This document shows positions 14,381 to 29,519 of a DNA stretch of 64,000 nucleotides, one piece after another. Every line of letters begins with the position of its first letter. Positions within the stretch are counted from its first letter, which is position 1. The position numbers and the translations under genes are program-made. The notes below the pieces were generated by a model. It was not told where the DNA came from and made no database searches. It was given only the letters and a program-made list of their open reading frames with translations. Origin of the DNA: the human T2T-CHM13v2.0 reference genome, Homo sapiens; the NCBI RefSeq assembly GCF_009914755.1, contig NC_060947.1. One strand, written 5' to 3'.

Positions 14381-14772
14381 TGTATTAGTTTGTTAGGTTG
14401 GCTATAACAAAGTATGTACTACAGCCTGTGTGGTTTAAGCAAAAGAAACACATTTTCTCCCAGCTCTGGAAGCTAGAACACTGAGACAAAGGTGTGGACA
14501 GTGTTGGTTTCTTCTGAGCCCCCTCTCCTTGGCTTGTAGGTTGCCATCTTCTTTCTGTGTCTTCACATGATCTTCCTGTGCAAGTCTGTGTCCTAATCTC
14601 TTCTTGTAAGGACATCATTTAGATTGTGTTAGGGCCCACTCTGATTACCTTGTTTTGCCTTTATGACCTTTCTTAAGGCCTTATGTCCCAAAACAGTGAC
14701 ATTCTGAGGCAGTGGGGGTTAGGATTTCAACATACAAATTTGGAAGGAGGCGACAAAACTCAGCCCATTGCA
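14381..14772 (-). mobile_element. MLT1B-like MaLR solo LTR
   Basis: TGTATTAGTTTG..CTCTCCTTGGCTTGTAG..GGGGGTTAGGATTTCAACATACAAATTTGG..CAGCCCATTGCA. Confidence 0.85.
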
Positions 14773-15774
14773 CTTGCCCTTCAGATATTTTCAGACTAGT
14801 GCTTGATTGTCCTGAAGGCCTGTCTTACGAGATATGAATAGAAATGTTTGGAGTGGGATTTTCACAATGGCCTCCTGGAGTGTCTGTGGTTGGGAAGGTC
14901 CCAGGTTTTAAGTGTGTGTGGTCCCCAGGACCACTCCTGGGCAATGAGTTTCTCTTTTTCTAGTTCATGGATTCAACTGGTTTGATTGCTTAAGGAGCAA
15001 TGATGATAGGCTGTGTTCAGGAAATCAGAGTTGAACAGATGTCTTTTGGTAATATTGGCTATACTGCCAGATCTGAGGGCTTTTCCTTTACTTTCAGTGC
15101 CCAGTGAATGATATTATAACTGTTTAGAATGTGACTATTATCAGAATGCAAACATGTTTGAAAAACTTTACCCTTAGCTTCTCTGAATTGACTTACTACT
15201 GTTAAGGCAAACTTGGATACTCAGAAAGTATTTGGCTGGCTTTGTTGCATTTTCACCTTCTTGATGAATGGAATCTATTAGTTATTTGCTTATTCAGAAA
15301 CATGTGAATCATCTATAGCCGATTCTCTCTGTGTGTTTGACTGACTGACATTGTCTGCCATCTCTCAAGTATTCTTTCTGTATATAAAATCCTAGACTCC
15401 TGTGCAGTTTAAATATAAAATTAAAATGTTACCAAAAGACTCAGGTATTTTCAGCCTGGCCTGACAGCCCATCTTATGGAAGGCCTGTTTGAACTGATGG
15501 GCCCTTGATGTCAGCAGACCCAGACTTTTCAGGTCAGAGGAAAGAAAGTGTCTAGAATCATAGATCTTACAGAGAAAAGAGGCTACTTGCCTTCACTGCA
15601 GTTTGTAGTGAGGGACTGTTGTGATCAAATAATCAGGAAAGAGCATGCCTCAAGTTGTCAGAATGTGTAATCATTTTATGCCAAGTCAAGGATAACTCAG
15701 TAACTGAGCAAAAAGCTTTTTGTTTTCCAGTTAACTAGTTAGTTACAACCCGCTCTCTGGCAGTGTGGACCATA

Positions 15775-15960
15775 GAATCATAGAACCACAGAGAATGTAG
15801 CAGTAAGGACCCATAGATACCATCTAGTCTAAACCTCATTTAGACATTTAGGGAAATTGAGGCCCAAAGAAGAGAATGAACTTACTCAGGACTATGTGTT
15901 GGGCCAGAGACTGAGCTGGCACCTGCATTTAGGTCTCCTGACCCTCAGTCCAGTCTCCTT
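15775..15960 (-). mobile_element. MIR/MIR3 SINE
   Basis: CATAGAAT tail plus GGGAAATTGAGGCCCAAAGAAGAG..AGGTCTCCTGACCCTCAGTCCAG. Confidence 0.65.
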
Positions 15961-16039
15961 TCTTCATTATATCAGAGTGTTTAGGCCTCTGCCAGCCATC
16001 TCACCATTTAGAGGCACTATGGCTTACCATCTCAGTTGA

Positions 16040-16660
16040 GAGGCAAGAGTGTTTAGCAGTTAAGAGCATGTGCTCAGGGGCTAAACTGCCCAGATTTGTA
16101 TCCCCTACTGGCTCTATGACATTCAGCAAGGCACTTCCTGTCTGTATGAGTTTGTTAGCATTACCAGAACAAAGTACCACAGACTTGGTGGCTTAAACAA
16201 CAGAAATTTACTTCCCCACAATTTTGGAGGCTAGTAGTCTAAAATAAAGGTGTCAGCAGGGTTGGTATCCTCTGAAGGTCTCTCTCCTTGGCTTGTAGAT
16301 GGCCACATTCTCCCCATGTCTTCATGTGGTCTTCCCCTGTGTGTATCTTAATCTCTTGTTCTTAGAAGGGCATTAGTCATTTTGGATTAGGGCCCACCCA
16401 TATTCCCTCATTTAATTTTAATTACCTATTTAAAGACCCTATCTCCAAACATAGTCACAATCTGAGGTAGTGGATGTTAGGACATTCATATATGAATTGG
16501 AAGGGGGCACAATTCAGCCCATAACCGTGTGTCTACGCCTCAGTTATCTTATCAACAAAACAGGGATGATAATAGATTCTACCCCAAAAGGGTGTGAAGA
16601 TTAAATGAATTGGTCCAACATAGAATGCCTAGAACAGTGGTAGTGTGGGTTGTTAATTCA
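16040..16660 (+). mobile_element. MIR split by the MLT1B LTR
   Basis: 5' part AGCAGTTAAGAGCATGTGCTC lies before 16143. The core resumes GCCTCAGTTATCTTATCAACAAAACAGGGATGATAATAG after 16528. Confidence 0.7.
16143..16528 (-). mobile_element. MLT1B-like MaLR solo LTR
   Basis: AACAAAGTACCACAGACTTGGTGGCTTAAACAACAGAAATTTA..GGATTAGGGCCCACCC..GGGGCACAATTCAGCCCATAAC. Confidence 0.88.
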
Positions 16661-16754
16661 TAAACTGACAACAACAGAATCTAGGATTTTCATTTCATTC
16701 GCAAGTATGAAATCTAAGTGTTTAAAATGTCAAAACATTTTTCCTACTTTCATT

Positions 16755-17170
16755 TACTTATTCAACAGTTGTTTATTTTATATTTGTGTATCTTATATTG
16801 TGGTAGTTGCCATTCTGGTCTGAAGAAACTCATAGTCTAGAGCGGAGACACATGATTACAATGTGTACAAAGTGCAATGAAATACGAGCAGGGAGTCACT
16901 AAGAAGAACTAATTTGACCTAGGAGAATCTAAAAGGCTTCCTGGAGGATGTGAGTGAGGAGCCAAATCATGAAGTGTGAGTAGGAATTGGTCAGCAAGCC
17001 AAATGTAGGAAAAAATTTAGACCTAGGGCACAGCATGAATAAAGTCTAGGGAATGTGGTGGTGAGTGGACCCAATGTAGTTTGGTACAGCTGGAGTATCA
17101 GCTGTGTTGGGGAAAGTGGTATGTGATGAGACTGGACATTTTGCCATGCTCAGTAGGTTAGACTCATATT
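16755..17170 (-). mobile_element. L2 fragment
   Basis: GAAACTCATAGTCTAG and AAGGCTTCCTGGAGGATGTGA are L2 antisense motifs. Confidence 0.55.
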
Positions 17171-18154
17171 CTGTACGTTGAAGCTGGCTAATAGTGATGG
17201 CTGACATTACTAATTGATTACATCACTCATTCTCACTAATCCTGATTGAGACCTTAAAATCCATCTCAACACAGCTGTTTAGGCAACCATCACCATTCAA
17301 CTGGAGTTGGCCTGTATCCCAGCTGTAGACAGTGACAATTATTAACGAATAAAATTAAGTCAGAAATATTCATTTTACCTAAAACTACTAGACTTGAGAT
17401 TATTAGTTTAAAACTGCATAGTTCCTTAGGTTGCAAAAATGTTCTTTTTTTTTTTTTGCCTGATTTGTAGATGTGATAGGAACATTCGTTGGAAGAACTG
17501 TAAGTAGATAACATGTAGTAAATTGGGTTTACAATGATTTTCTAAAAAAAGGAAAAAAGATAAAACTGTCTCACATTTTGATCTGAATTTATCAGGCTCT
17601 TGAAGTTCAATGAAATGTTCAAATACATCATCATATCATGACCATTGGAATCTTGGCCTAAAACTCAGCATCGGAAAGTTTCAAGGAATAATACGTCTTA
17701 GCGTTTTTGCTTCTACTAAGGGATACATGATTTTCCTCAAGAATGCAAACAAAGCAAAATCTTTAGGATTGCCCTCTATCGTAATAAGGCAAGCATTTAG
17801 GACTGGATGTATTGGTCAGCATTACTGATTTGTGTCACAAGACCCACAGTATTCCAGAAAACTTGACCTGCTTTTCTGTGTGCCATCTTAATACTTATGT
17901 TTTTGTTCAGAAAAGAAAAGGTTCCTGTTAGGGAGATAAACTAGATTAAAATGATTATTCTCAGTTTTGGTGAGTTGTATACAATTTTTATAAATCATGT
18001 ACTATTCATTTCTGGCAAGATAAAGTCATTTATTTTGTGTCATACATATAATTATATATAAGCATATAAAACTTACATGTAGTTGCATGTTCTATTTGCT
18101 TTCTTAGGTTTTCTCTTATATGTGTGCAGAGACAAAGGATGGTATCAATGAAGC

Positions 18155-18840
<686 letters not shown>

Positions 18841-19308
18841 GTGTTCATCTGGACAAATATGAATATCCTTTGCATCTTATGGAAACCTGTTTTTACATTG
18901 ATGGTGGTACATTTAATAGATGTTTAGCTTATGATTTCCCATGTCTAATTTTAGTTCTTCTACCACTTCTCTCCAGAGTGGTCTGATATATGCTTCTTTT
19001 GCTTATATTGTCTTCAGTTGACTCAACTTGATGTCTGTTTCTGGCTCTGGCCTCCTGGACTAAGCCACATAAGAAAAGGCCATCATTTGCTGTATATTGA
19101 TATAATTCTCCCTTCTGTACACATCAGATCTTGTCCGCCCAAGGAAAGGAAGTTAGATTGCCCAGAAACAATCAGTCGTTTCAATGGAATGCATGTTCCT
19201 GGCCTCACCTGGCAACAAGTTATTATGTGGCATGAATTTACAATGAATTCAACTTCCTTTCCTCTTGCCATACTTCAAAGTGAAAGTAAAAAGCTGAGTC
19301 CCATTTAA

Positions 19309-19726
19309 GAACCAACCCAAATGTCCAACAATGATAGACTGGATTAAGAAAATGTGGCACATATACACCATGGAATACTATGCAGCCGTAAAAAATGATG
19401 AGTTCATGTCCTTTGTAGGGACATGGATGAAATTGGAAATCATCATTCTCAGTAAACTATCGCAAGAACAAAAAACCAAACACCGCATATTCTCACTCAT
19501 AGGTGGGAACTGAACAATGAGAACACATGGACACAGGAAGGGGAACATCACACTCTGGGGACTGTTGTGGGGTCGGGGGGGGAAGGGATAGCATTGGGAG
19601 ATATACCTAATGCTAGAGACGAGTTAGTGGGTGCAGCGCACCAGCATGTCACATATATACACATGTAACTAACCAGCACATTTTGCACATGTACCCTAAA
19701 ACTTAAAGTATAATAATAAAAAAAAA
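19309..19726 (+). mobile_element. 5'-truncated young L1 (L1PA3-like): ORF2 C-terminus and 3'UTR
   Basis: [30 protein letters not shown] is the L1 ORF2 end. 3'UTR GCATTGGGAGATATACCTAATGCTAG..GAGTTAGTGGG, then poly(A). Inserted at a TTT/AAGAA endonuclease-type site. Confidence 0.95.
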
Positions 19727-20167
19727 GAATGAAACACCAGCAGACAGGAAGCTGTCCAATTGGCTAGGACCAACTTATTGATGATGCCTTATGAAGAAGG
19801 CTTTATTAGATGGAGAGGACTCTCAACTCAAGGGTGTGGGACTATTGCATACAATTTAATGTCCATCAACTTTGCTAGATAGGGGATGGAGGAGGGTCAA
19901 GTGGAGTTCATAAAGTTCAATAGCTACAATAAGTAAATTTTTTAGTGTTTTCAGTCTTAAAAGAAAACATTGGCTTTGTTGTGCCCAAATCATCTGTGGT
20001 TTGTTTGCATGTTTTGCTGCTTTAACTCCAAGAGATAAATGTACATAAGCACTATGTGTTCATCCTGCTAATGTCATTTAATTTAATGAGTTTAGAAAAA
20101 TTACTCGATTAACCTTTTATAGTAAGGGTTTTGAGAATTTATGTTTACATTTTAAATTTGAAAATAA

Positions 20168-20512
<345 letters not shown>

Positions 20513-21617
20513 TTCATAAAGCACATTTTTAACTACCATCCAGCCATTCCAGTTACCATTTGTGTGGGCTAGGTTTTACTTTTAGCTTCATTTCAACTTC
20601 ACCAATAATCTTTTGAGAGCCTATTAAGTACAAATTGTATTCGTATGGTCAGGCCCCATCTGGTGACAGAGAGACTATGCATTTGGATGTTGCTGACACC
20701 TGGTCATGATGGAATCTGTGCCATTGGAAACAGAGGCCCAAGTATGTCTGAGATAATGACACTCTAGTGTAATGCATGTATATAGAATCCGAAGACAGGC
20801 CTGATGAATAACAATACCATCTGACAGCAAATAATCAACGCAGGAAATTTAGGCCACAACAGCTTGCTTGCTCTTTACACTGTCATGGTTGATTGGTTAT
20901 TCTCATCACCCTTTGTTTAAAATCATTTCAGAATTAATTGGCATTCATTAACGAAAGTCTTTGCAGTGGAATTGCAGAAACAGTCATTAATGTAGCTAAT
21001 AAACATAAAAAAGAAAAAAGGTCCTATTACTGGGTCCCTACAGGCTGTTAACTAACATTTTGAATAAGAATACATAAACATAAATTAAACATTTTTTAAA
21101 CTGCTAAGAATGTGGGAATTTCACATGGTGGTCTGTAATAATGCTTTGAACTAATTTGTTCCTTTTTTAACATGTAGTTTAGAGAAAGTGATTCTGTTTA
21201 GAAATTATTATTGTGGGTGATCTCTCAGAGAAGCCAGGGCAAAGCCAAAGGTAAGCCATCTTATCAGCCAATAGATTTTAACTAAAACTAGAGCACTCAA
21301 ATGTAAGTATGACAATAACAAAGTCTAACATCATGGAGTTATTTGATCACTTAGTAGGTAGGTTTCTAAGGTATAAACCTTAATGAGATTTAGAAAAGCA
21401 CTCATTCCACAAGACAAAGAAACAAATCTTTCCTTTCAAGAAGTAATGCTTTATTGATCAGGTGCCTCAGTTTTGGTTTATCAGTGTTGCATAATGTTGT
21501 ATAATGTTGCCATTAGAACAAACTCCAGAGAACATCCACATTATTTTGGAATGATGAAATGGTGCTGACTTCTGTTTCAGTTCAAGGGCCTAGGGCTTAT
21601 AAATATTTTCAAATTAG

Positions 21618-21864
21618 TTCTCACTCATAGGTGGGAATTGAACAATGAGAACACTTGGACACAGGAAGGGGAGCATCACACACCGGGGACTGTTGTGGGG
21701 TGGGGGGAGAGGGGAGGGATAGCATTAGGAGATATACCTAACGTAAATGAGGAGTTAATGGGTGCAGCACACCAACATGGCACATGTACACATATGTAAC
21801 AAACCTGCATGTTGTGCACATGTACCCTAAAACTTAAAGTATAATAATAAATAAATAAATAAAT
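21618..21864 (+). mobile_element. 5'-truncated L1PA4/5-like 3' end with (TAAA)n tail
   Basis: TTCTCACTCATAGGTGGGAATTGAACAATGAG..GCATTAGGAGATATACCTAA..CCCTAAAACTTAAAGTATAATAA. TSD AATATTTTCAAATTAG at 21602 and 21865. Confidence 0.95.
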
Positions 21865-22369
21865 AATATTTTCAAATTAGTTTCTGACTCATATCTTTAT
21901 CTTCATATACATAGCTCTGGTTAACTCCAAAATGTGCACCATTCTAGCAGAGCCTGGATAGAAAATCCATCAAATTTTCTTATTCTTCTGTAACATGACT
22001 AGGCATTTCCAGTTATCCAAAGGGAAATGGAAAAAATGGCGTAAAGTTTTAAAACTTTACTTTCCTATTTAAAGGATATTTGTGTCACATGTCAGTGTTG
22101 TGTTTTTAAGAACAAGACAAGGTATGGAGAGAGTCTGTGCTCTAACACCAAATACAGTAGAAACTCCCTTAACTCATCACCCAATTCAAAATTTGCAAGA
22201 TTAACCAACACTCTCTGAACCCTGTGGGAAGTATGCTGACTGCTGCCCATGATATATACATTGTTGGCCAGAGGCAATTTTTGGGTAGACTGCCACTTCT
22301 GCTCCCAAAAGTTGAATTGGATGGCTAGTGGGGGCTAGTTGTGTTTGCTCCCAACCCTGTTAATGCCAG

Positions 22370-22770
22370 TCATACATATTATTGTAGTTATGTAATTAAA
22401 TTTAGTATTGCATAAACCAAAGAAAAATGAGTGGAAAAGAAGAAAGTTGTTTCCCCTATAAAATGAATGTTTTGGAAAAGTTTAGTGGTATCAGTTTCCT
22501 ATTCCTTCTCAAATGTCTTTAAGTTCCTACTCCACTTTCAGGAATCTCAAATGAGCAACCTTAGAGCATGTATTGTAGATGTGTATGTTGTGGAAATCCA
22601 GTCAGTGAGTCTGTACTCAAAGGCCTTGGCCTTGAGTTAAAAGATTTACAATTTTATGGATGAAGTTATAATATAATTTTTAATATACCAAATGTTGTGA
22701 TACCCCATTTAAATACAATCCTTTGATTTGATGGCCAACTGAGGGTTATAATCAATTCCAGTTGAAAGAG
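22370..22770 (+). mobile_element. Possible ancient Tigger-type DNA transposon relic
   Basis: Weak resemblance to Tigger 5'/CENP-B-HTH segments (AAAAGAAGAAAGTTGTTT; CCAGTCAGTGAGTCTGTACTCAAAGGCCTTGGCCTT). Confidence 0.3.
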
Positions 22771-25700
22771 CTTCTCCTCTAACTGGAGAGTATCACCATT
22801 GTAGGCTGAGATTTACTGTCTCAAATGAATAATCAGTATTGAGCGTTATAGATCTTGCCTTTATGTCCTGCTACTACATCTACAGCAGATGGGTCAGGCC
22901 ATTTACCAATCCGATCTCCTCAGGCACATTTCTTTCCCTAGGCCATTGTTCATACCATTTTTCCTTATATACAATGTTCCTTCTGTCGCCACTTTTTTCA
23001 ATCTTTCCCCTTCCTCTTCAACAGGAGACATTTATCTAATTCCTAGTTCCCATTAGAAAAAAAAAAAGAGCCAATTTAGGTAAATTTATAATTCTGAACT
23101 TTGGTTATTTGAGGTTATTTGATGTATCATCTTCATACTTGAGTAGCTGAGGTCATGGGTCTGCAAGCACCTGGTGGGGTTGTTGTATACAGGATGCAAC
23201 AGAGTCCAGCCCAGGGCTCTGAGCCTTTTCTACATGGAAAATGATTTTACTGCATTTATAAATGATATGACTATAGCTGGTTTGAAATATATGTCATAGC
23301 TTTAGGCTAGAAAAATGTTTTGTTAATGTATTTGAATGTAAAATACCAGGACAGGTAATTTATAATGGGATATTGATACACTTTTAACAAATTCCAGATC
23401 TCCTCAGAAGTGCAAATGCTGAATGTATTGCAACCATGTATAATTGTATTATGGCAATAAACATATACGTGTGTGTCTAGAGTACACATGTCATTGCAGG
23501 CGTCATAGTACAGTGGATTTGTATTGAACTTTGACTAAAGTCAGTCCTGATTTCATTTAAAAAATTGTGTTAACCTTTGGTAATTAGAATATAAAACCAG
23601 GAAGACTCAAAATTGTTAGTCTAACTTTTGTTTATTGACTAGAACATCTAAATGGCTTTAGGCATCACAAAAGTATAAAAAAAGTGGCTTCCTATTGGGT
23701 CTTTGATCCATCTTAATTTATTTTTGATGCTGTATGCAGTTTCTGAATATCTTTTGTGGCTTGTAATAAAATAGCCACAGTGCAATTTTGCATGTATGTC
23801 AAGCGACGCGTGACCTGCTATGCAAATTTAATACCAAGGTGCCAAAGCTGAATTCATAATGTTTCTCAGCTACAGAGCTGTTTAAGGCAGTTTAGAAATC
23901 AATGAATATGTAATATGAAGGTGATAAGACCTAAATAAAAACCCTATTTATCTACTATGAAAAAGTATTTATACACAGAATACTTAGCACATGCAAAAAA
24001 TGGACAGAGTTTCCAATTATATGGTTTGCATAAACAAATGTTAAACTGCGTGCTCTGAATAGATAATAATGTGACCAGTCCCTCTGCATTGTGCTTTAAA
24101 CTTTGAAAATGTTTACAGATGTGTTTCCCCTCTTAAGATATAAATAAAACAAAATGTGCAGCTGAAGCAGTGGGATCTAATCTGAGTTCTAGTGTTTTTT
24201 TTTTTTTTTTTTTCTGTATTTTATGTTAGCCTAGATTCTATACTTGATATAGGGCTGAACTTCTTTAATACCAGGGTAAGCAGACATGTGTTTTATGAAG
24301 TCTTGTGCTTTATTTTGCAATAAGAAAGATCAACTGACAGTGATTGATTAAAGTGAGAAAATTCTAATAACCCAGGTTACTGTAGAATGTGTAATATTAT
24401 TTGGATCTGAACTTCTGATATGCCACTATTTAAATCTATATGATGCTATTGTTTCTGTTGGAGTGGTTATGCCATAATTCTGGTAAACATTTGAGGAGTT
24501 TGTACAGTAGCTGACTACAGTGTGAGAAGAGATTAACAGGGAAGACAGGACTTGATTGATGGGAGTCAGTCCTGGCTTTTTATCATGGGAAAAATATATT
24601 TGTGCTTCTACCCAGAGAGAAGGATAAAGCAAGTGAGTGTGTTTTTGTATGTGCAATGTGTGTGCTTACATGCATATGGAAGTGCGCATAGGTATACCTG
24701 CACATGCATGCATTCACACATACACTCAGTCTGTACTGTTTATGACGCCCCTGCCAGTCAGATTCCAGACACATTTATATCCTCTGGTTTAGAGTAAGCT
24801 GCTACGATAATGACAAATAGTGTTTAGAGCAGTCAAGGAAAATGTAGGGGTGATATTTGAAAATAGCATCTATAATGCCATCTGGGTGGTGCTGATACTT
24901 TGGAGAGCATGGAATACACCTATCTAGAGGGCAAGTGCTCTCAAAACAAAGTCAGAAGAAGGTCTATATGGTAGGGAAAGTCATGACTCTTGGTAGATAA
25001 TGATGATCTTTCACTCAGGGTCTGTATTTAGGTCTTTGAAGGAGGAAAATCAATTTCTAGAAATTTAGCTCAGTTAAAGCCACAGTTGGTCCTTAGATAA
25101 GCTGCCAGAATAGACACCACAGCTAGAAAACTGATGGGTCCCTGTCTTTGAATTTTTACTTGCCATATGTTTCCTTTGGATAGCAGCATACTCAATAAGA
25201 ATGCTTAAAAACCAGACAGTAATTCTAAGGAAGGCCAAAATAAAGAGCAAGTATAAGTATATCCGATCAAATGTCAATGTTTTAATGTTAAATTTTATTT
25301 AGATTGTTTTGGGCCATTGTATTTTCTTTTAAAAAGCTTAAACACACAGTAATTTATGCATTTCACCTGAAGGTTACATATCGTTTTACAAATGGGATGT
25401 GATTTCAGGCACTGTTCATCCTGTTTAAGAAATGGAGAAACTGTCAGGGTATGTGATGTGATTCTCAAAATATCAGTGACATATTTGGGTTGTGGAGACT
25501 GGTGAAATGGAGATGTGGCAATTACCAGGGTCATTTCAACAACAGAGACAGCCAAACTTGATAATTCAGACAAAAAATTATCTACCTTGGCCACTTTCAT
25601 TGAGCAGATGAACTAAAAAGTTGCCAAATCTCAACTTCCTGATGCTCTGTTCAAACCAGCCTTCCCTGCAACAGGACCAGGCAAGCAGGCTGACTCCCAG

Positions 25701-25813
25701 GGCAGGCTCTCGTTCTACTTAGCTTAATTAAATGTGCCAGGCACCCGAAGTGGTGGAGTTACCCAAGGGAGTATTTGAGCCCCATATTGATCCAAAGGAA
25801 GGGAGTACTGTTG

Positions 25814-25815
<2 letters not shown>

Positions 25816-25854
<39 letters not shown>
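25816..25854. repeat. (TG)~19 microsatellite
   Basis: Perfect dinucleotide run. Confidence 0.97.
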
Positions 25855-25855
<1 letters not shown>

Positions 25856-26375
25856 TGATTGCGGGGGGATTCTATTCTGAAGTGCCCACCATGTTTCTAA
25901 AAGAGCCTCGGTCCTGGCACTGAGGCACTCCATCCTCCACAAGCTCCACTCCCCTGATATGTTCTTTCCAATAAGCTCTTCTGTCCTTGGCTTTTTGCAG
26001 ATGCTGCCGTGAAGAGGAAGTTAATAACAGGTGTTTTGGAATATAACTACAGAAAAGCATTAAAAATTGTTGTTGTTGTTGTTGTTTAGAAAGAACATCT
26101 GTAGACTCAATTATTTTTCAAGATTCTAATTTACTGCTGTGCAAACTACAGGGCAAATTATATTATATGTATTTAGCCCTACTCTGTTGCTATACTCCTG
26201 AGAATTTAATTGGCAAGCAAATGTCCTGTCAAAATGCCTTCTGTGGCTGGAAATCTTTCTAGCTCTTAGAGATTATAAGGCTCAAAATTAACTAGAATTC
26301 CCCTAATAAAATTTCAGTTCATAATTTGGGGCCTTTGCCCTTTGTATTCTGTGAGAACTTTTTGGTAGGTATGAT

Positions 26376-26377
<2 letters not shown>

Positions 26378-26449
<72 letters not shown>
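26378..26449. repeat. Compound (GA)~15-(TG)~20 microsatellite
   Basis: Directly visible. Confidence 0.97.
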
Positions 26450-26452
<3 letters not shown>

Positions 26453-29400
26453 GTGCCCATGTGCACATGTGCCCACACCATTATGGTAAATTGCCTTGGT
26501 GGATTCCACTCAGCTGTGTAAAAATCTGTAATTCTGGCAGGAACAATTATATCATGTCCATAATATTGAAATAGACCTCCTAGGTTTAGAGAAAAGTGGT
26601 TTTTCGCAGACAAAATTGTGTTCTAAGGGATGTGCTAGTAAGCATTTTGATGAGCACAAGCTTATGTGTGGAAAATGTTCGACCCATCTCTCAACGCCTG
26701 GTGGAACACTCACTAGTTTTAACATTTAAAGTGCTTTTTAAAAATGGCACTTTAAAGAATCATATAGGGTCCTCCATCTGTTCTGATATCCATTCCTTCA
26801 TAGATAAGAAAAATATGTTCATTGTTCTAGAATTCATTGCCATGATAAATGACAAAATTTCCAGGGAATTTATATAATGTCCAAATGAGGAAAGCCAATC
26901 CAGGAAGAATCTGCATTGAAAATATAACCATTATTTCCAACCATTATCCATGATTTCAGATGTTCAAAAATAGAAACAAAATTTTGAAATTATTTTAATA
27001 CTCTACAGAATAGCACTATTTTCCTGAAGAAACATTTTTCTAGAATCGTTGCTTTAGAATGTAGTTTTCAGTGCATCTTTATTGGGAACACATTGTGGTA
27101 CACTCACACACTCAGTTTTAACCCTGAAGTGTAATTTACTTGGCACTTAAATTGATTTTATTTGTGGTTGTATGTCTGTGAATTAGTCTGTAACTTACTG
27201 TGAAATTTGCCATCTCTGCCGTGATCAACCCATGAAATTTATCATCTGTCTCTCTGATTTACACAAAACTCCATTTATAATCATCAAACCCAATTTACAA
27301 GTGAACAGTATTAAACTAAAATTCTGAACATTGAAGCATTTTGACATTGTATTTGCTGTGCATTGAAAAAGTAAATTACAAGTGTGAACCATGTATAGAT
27401 ATTTTGACATTTATATTTTTAGGTTTCATTTGATCTTAAGTGTGCCATTATTGTGAATTCATTTGCTATTACTGGAAAAGTACTTAATATAATGGATTCA
27501 TTAGGTATCCACGTGGATGTCACATTTTTTTTATATGTTCTACTATAGTTTTACTTCAATTCCACTCTAGAATTGGTTGATGGATTCTCTCATAACTATA
27601 GTTCATTTCTAAACATCTAAAACTCCTAACTAAATTTTCTCATACTTAAAATTGTTTAATTATATGGCTTGGAAATAGGAAATTTTACTTGGTCCTTGTC
27701 AGAAATATTGAGTAATGGCAGTTCCATTAGAATGGCGTTCATTGTTGATAACTGGGAACAATGTGGTGCAAATGGTGTTAAAGAGACATTGGTGAGGAGG
27801 AAAAGAAAAGAAATGCCATTTCCAGGTAAGTTTTTCTGCATCTTTTTTGGTAAATGCCACCATACCGAGCCCTCATTTGTTCTTGTCTTTTCTTAATGCT
27901 TTATCTGTTCCTTCAGTGCCGCAATCAGGCACAGGTGGTTCCCTTCACCAAGTGAATGAATATTTAGTGCTGTCAGGAGTGTCCCATGAAAAAGCCCTTC
28001 CAGATATCTCCAAACTAGGCTGATTTGTCATTTCTGAACAGGGGATTCCTGTGAGTCACTTCTACACTTAAGCGAAATCTAACCAGCAGAATTACCTAAC
28101 ACTGCAGTTCAAGCCCATATGATTAGTGATGAATCTTCCTAGGGCATTTTAAACAAAAGTGGCTTCATATCCAATTGTACTGGAAAGGGCAGACAGTCTG
28201 CATCAAAGCTTTGGATTGTTGAGAAACAATAGCATACGGTTATGATTTTAGCTTGTTTGTACAGCTACAGTGAACTGTTTGCTCGAGATACGATTTCGGG
28301 TAAACAAGCCCCTCTAGACTCACTTGGAAAAGCGAACAAGTTCATTGAAACTCTTTGCCTATTAGGCTCAGGAAGAAAATTGAGGCTGAAATCTGCCAGT
28401 ATTTATAATAGAGTATTTGATTCAGTTGTTTTATCTTATAGTAAAACCAGTGAGAAGAGACAAAGAATTTGAGGGACCAGAACAGACAAAAGTACATATA
28501 AAAGTATGTTTAATAAAGGCATAGTGTCAAGGCATTTAGACCTCTCTATCCTACCTTCAGCATTTCCTGTTACCTTTAACAATGTGGTGATTCTCCACTC
28601 TAATATCAACTGCAATCTTCTAATTTCAGGAATAAATTGCATACAAAAGTTATTTTCATATTACAGGGCCCGGAAGACAAAGGAATGCCAAGCCTGGACC
28701 AAGATATTCAGATTATAATTTGTTTTCTTTTTCTAAATCCTCACTAACCATGAACCATTTCTCCCATTCATGAACTGGTAACAGGTGTCATGCCAAATGA
28801 TTCTTTTAAAAATAATATCTGTTTCCCACGTTTCAGGTGTGTGCATATCCCAGGAAAAATAATTGTCTGATTTATATGGATCCCCCAAGGTACATTAAAC
28901 TTGGATATTAAAACAGTAGGTTTATTCTAGGTGAGGCATGGATTTAGAAGTTTAGTTTTTGTTTCAGAGTTTTTGAGAGTAAATCTCTTGCTTTAGAATT
29001 ACTGATGCAGTGGAACAGACAGCGTATCAATGGTTGATTCTAAGGTAATAGAATTTAATACAGCTCACTGTATGGTTCACAGCCTTTTCCTCTACCCTCT
29101 TCTTGCTACCTATGCTAATCCTTCCCAAATCCTATCTCCTGTCCACACTTAGATTTCTAACTTTATTTTATATTTCCACCTGGATACCCCACACATAGTA
29201 AAAAACCCACTAATTTTATTCTTAAGAGTTTCACTTATTAGTTATAATTATTAATGCAACCTTAAATAGGCCAGAAAAATAGAACTCCATCTTCTTTTTT
29301 ATTGAGACAGGATCTTGCTCTGTTGCCCAGGCTGGAGTGCAATGGCACAATCATGGCTCAGTGCAGCCTTGACGTGGACTTCCTGGGCTCAAATGATCCT

Positions 29401-29519
29401 TGCACCTCAGCCTCCCAAGTAGCTGGGACTACAGGTGCATGCCACCACACCCTGCTAATATATATATTATAAATATATGCCTATAATTATATATATATTA
29501 TATGTATATATATTTATAT

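Noticed and set aside
14381-16528. Two co-oriented MLT1B LTRs 1.4 kb apart as a single provirus
   Set aside because: The interval contains MIR sequence and the second LTR splits a MIR, so they are independent solo LTRs.
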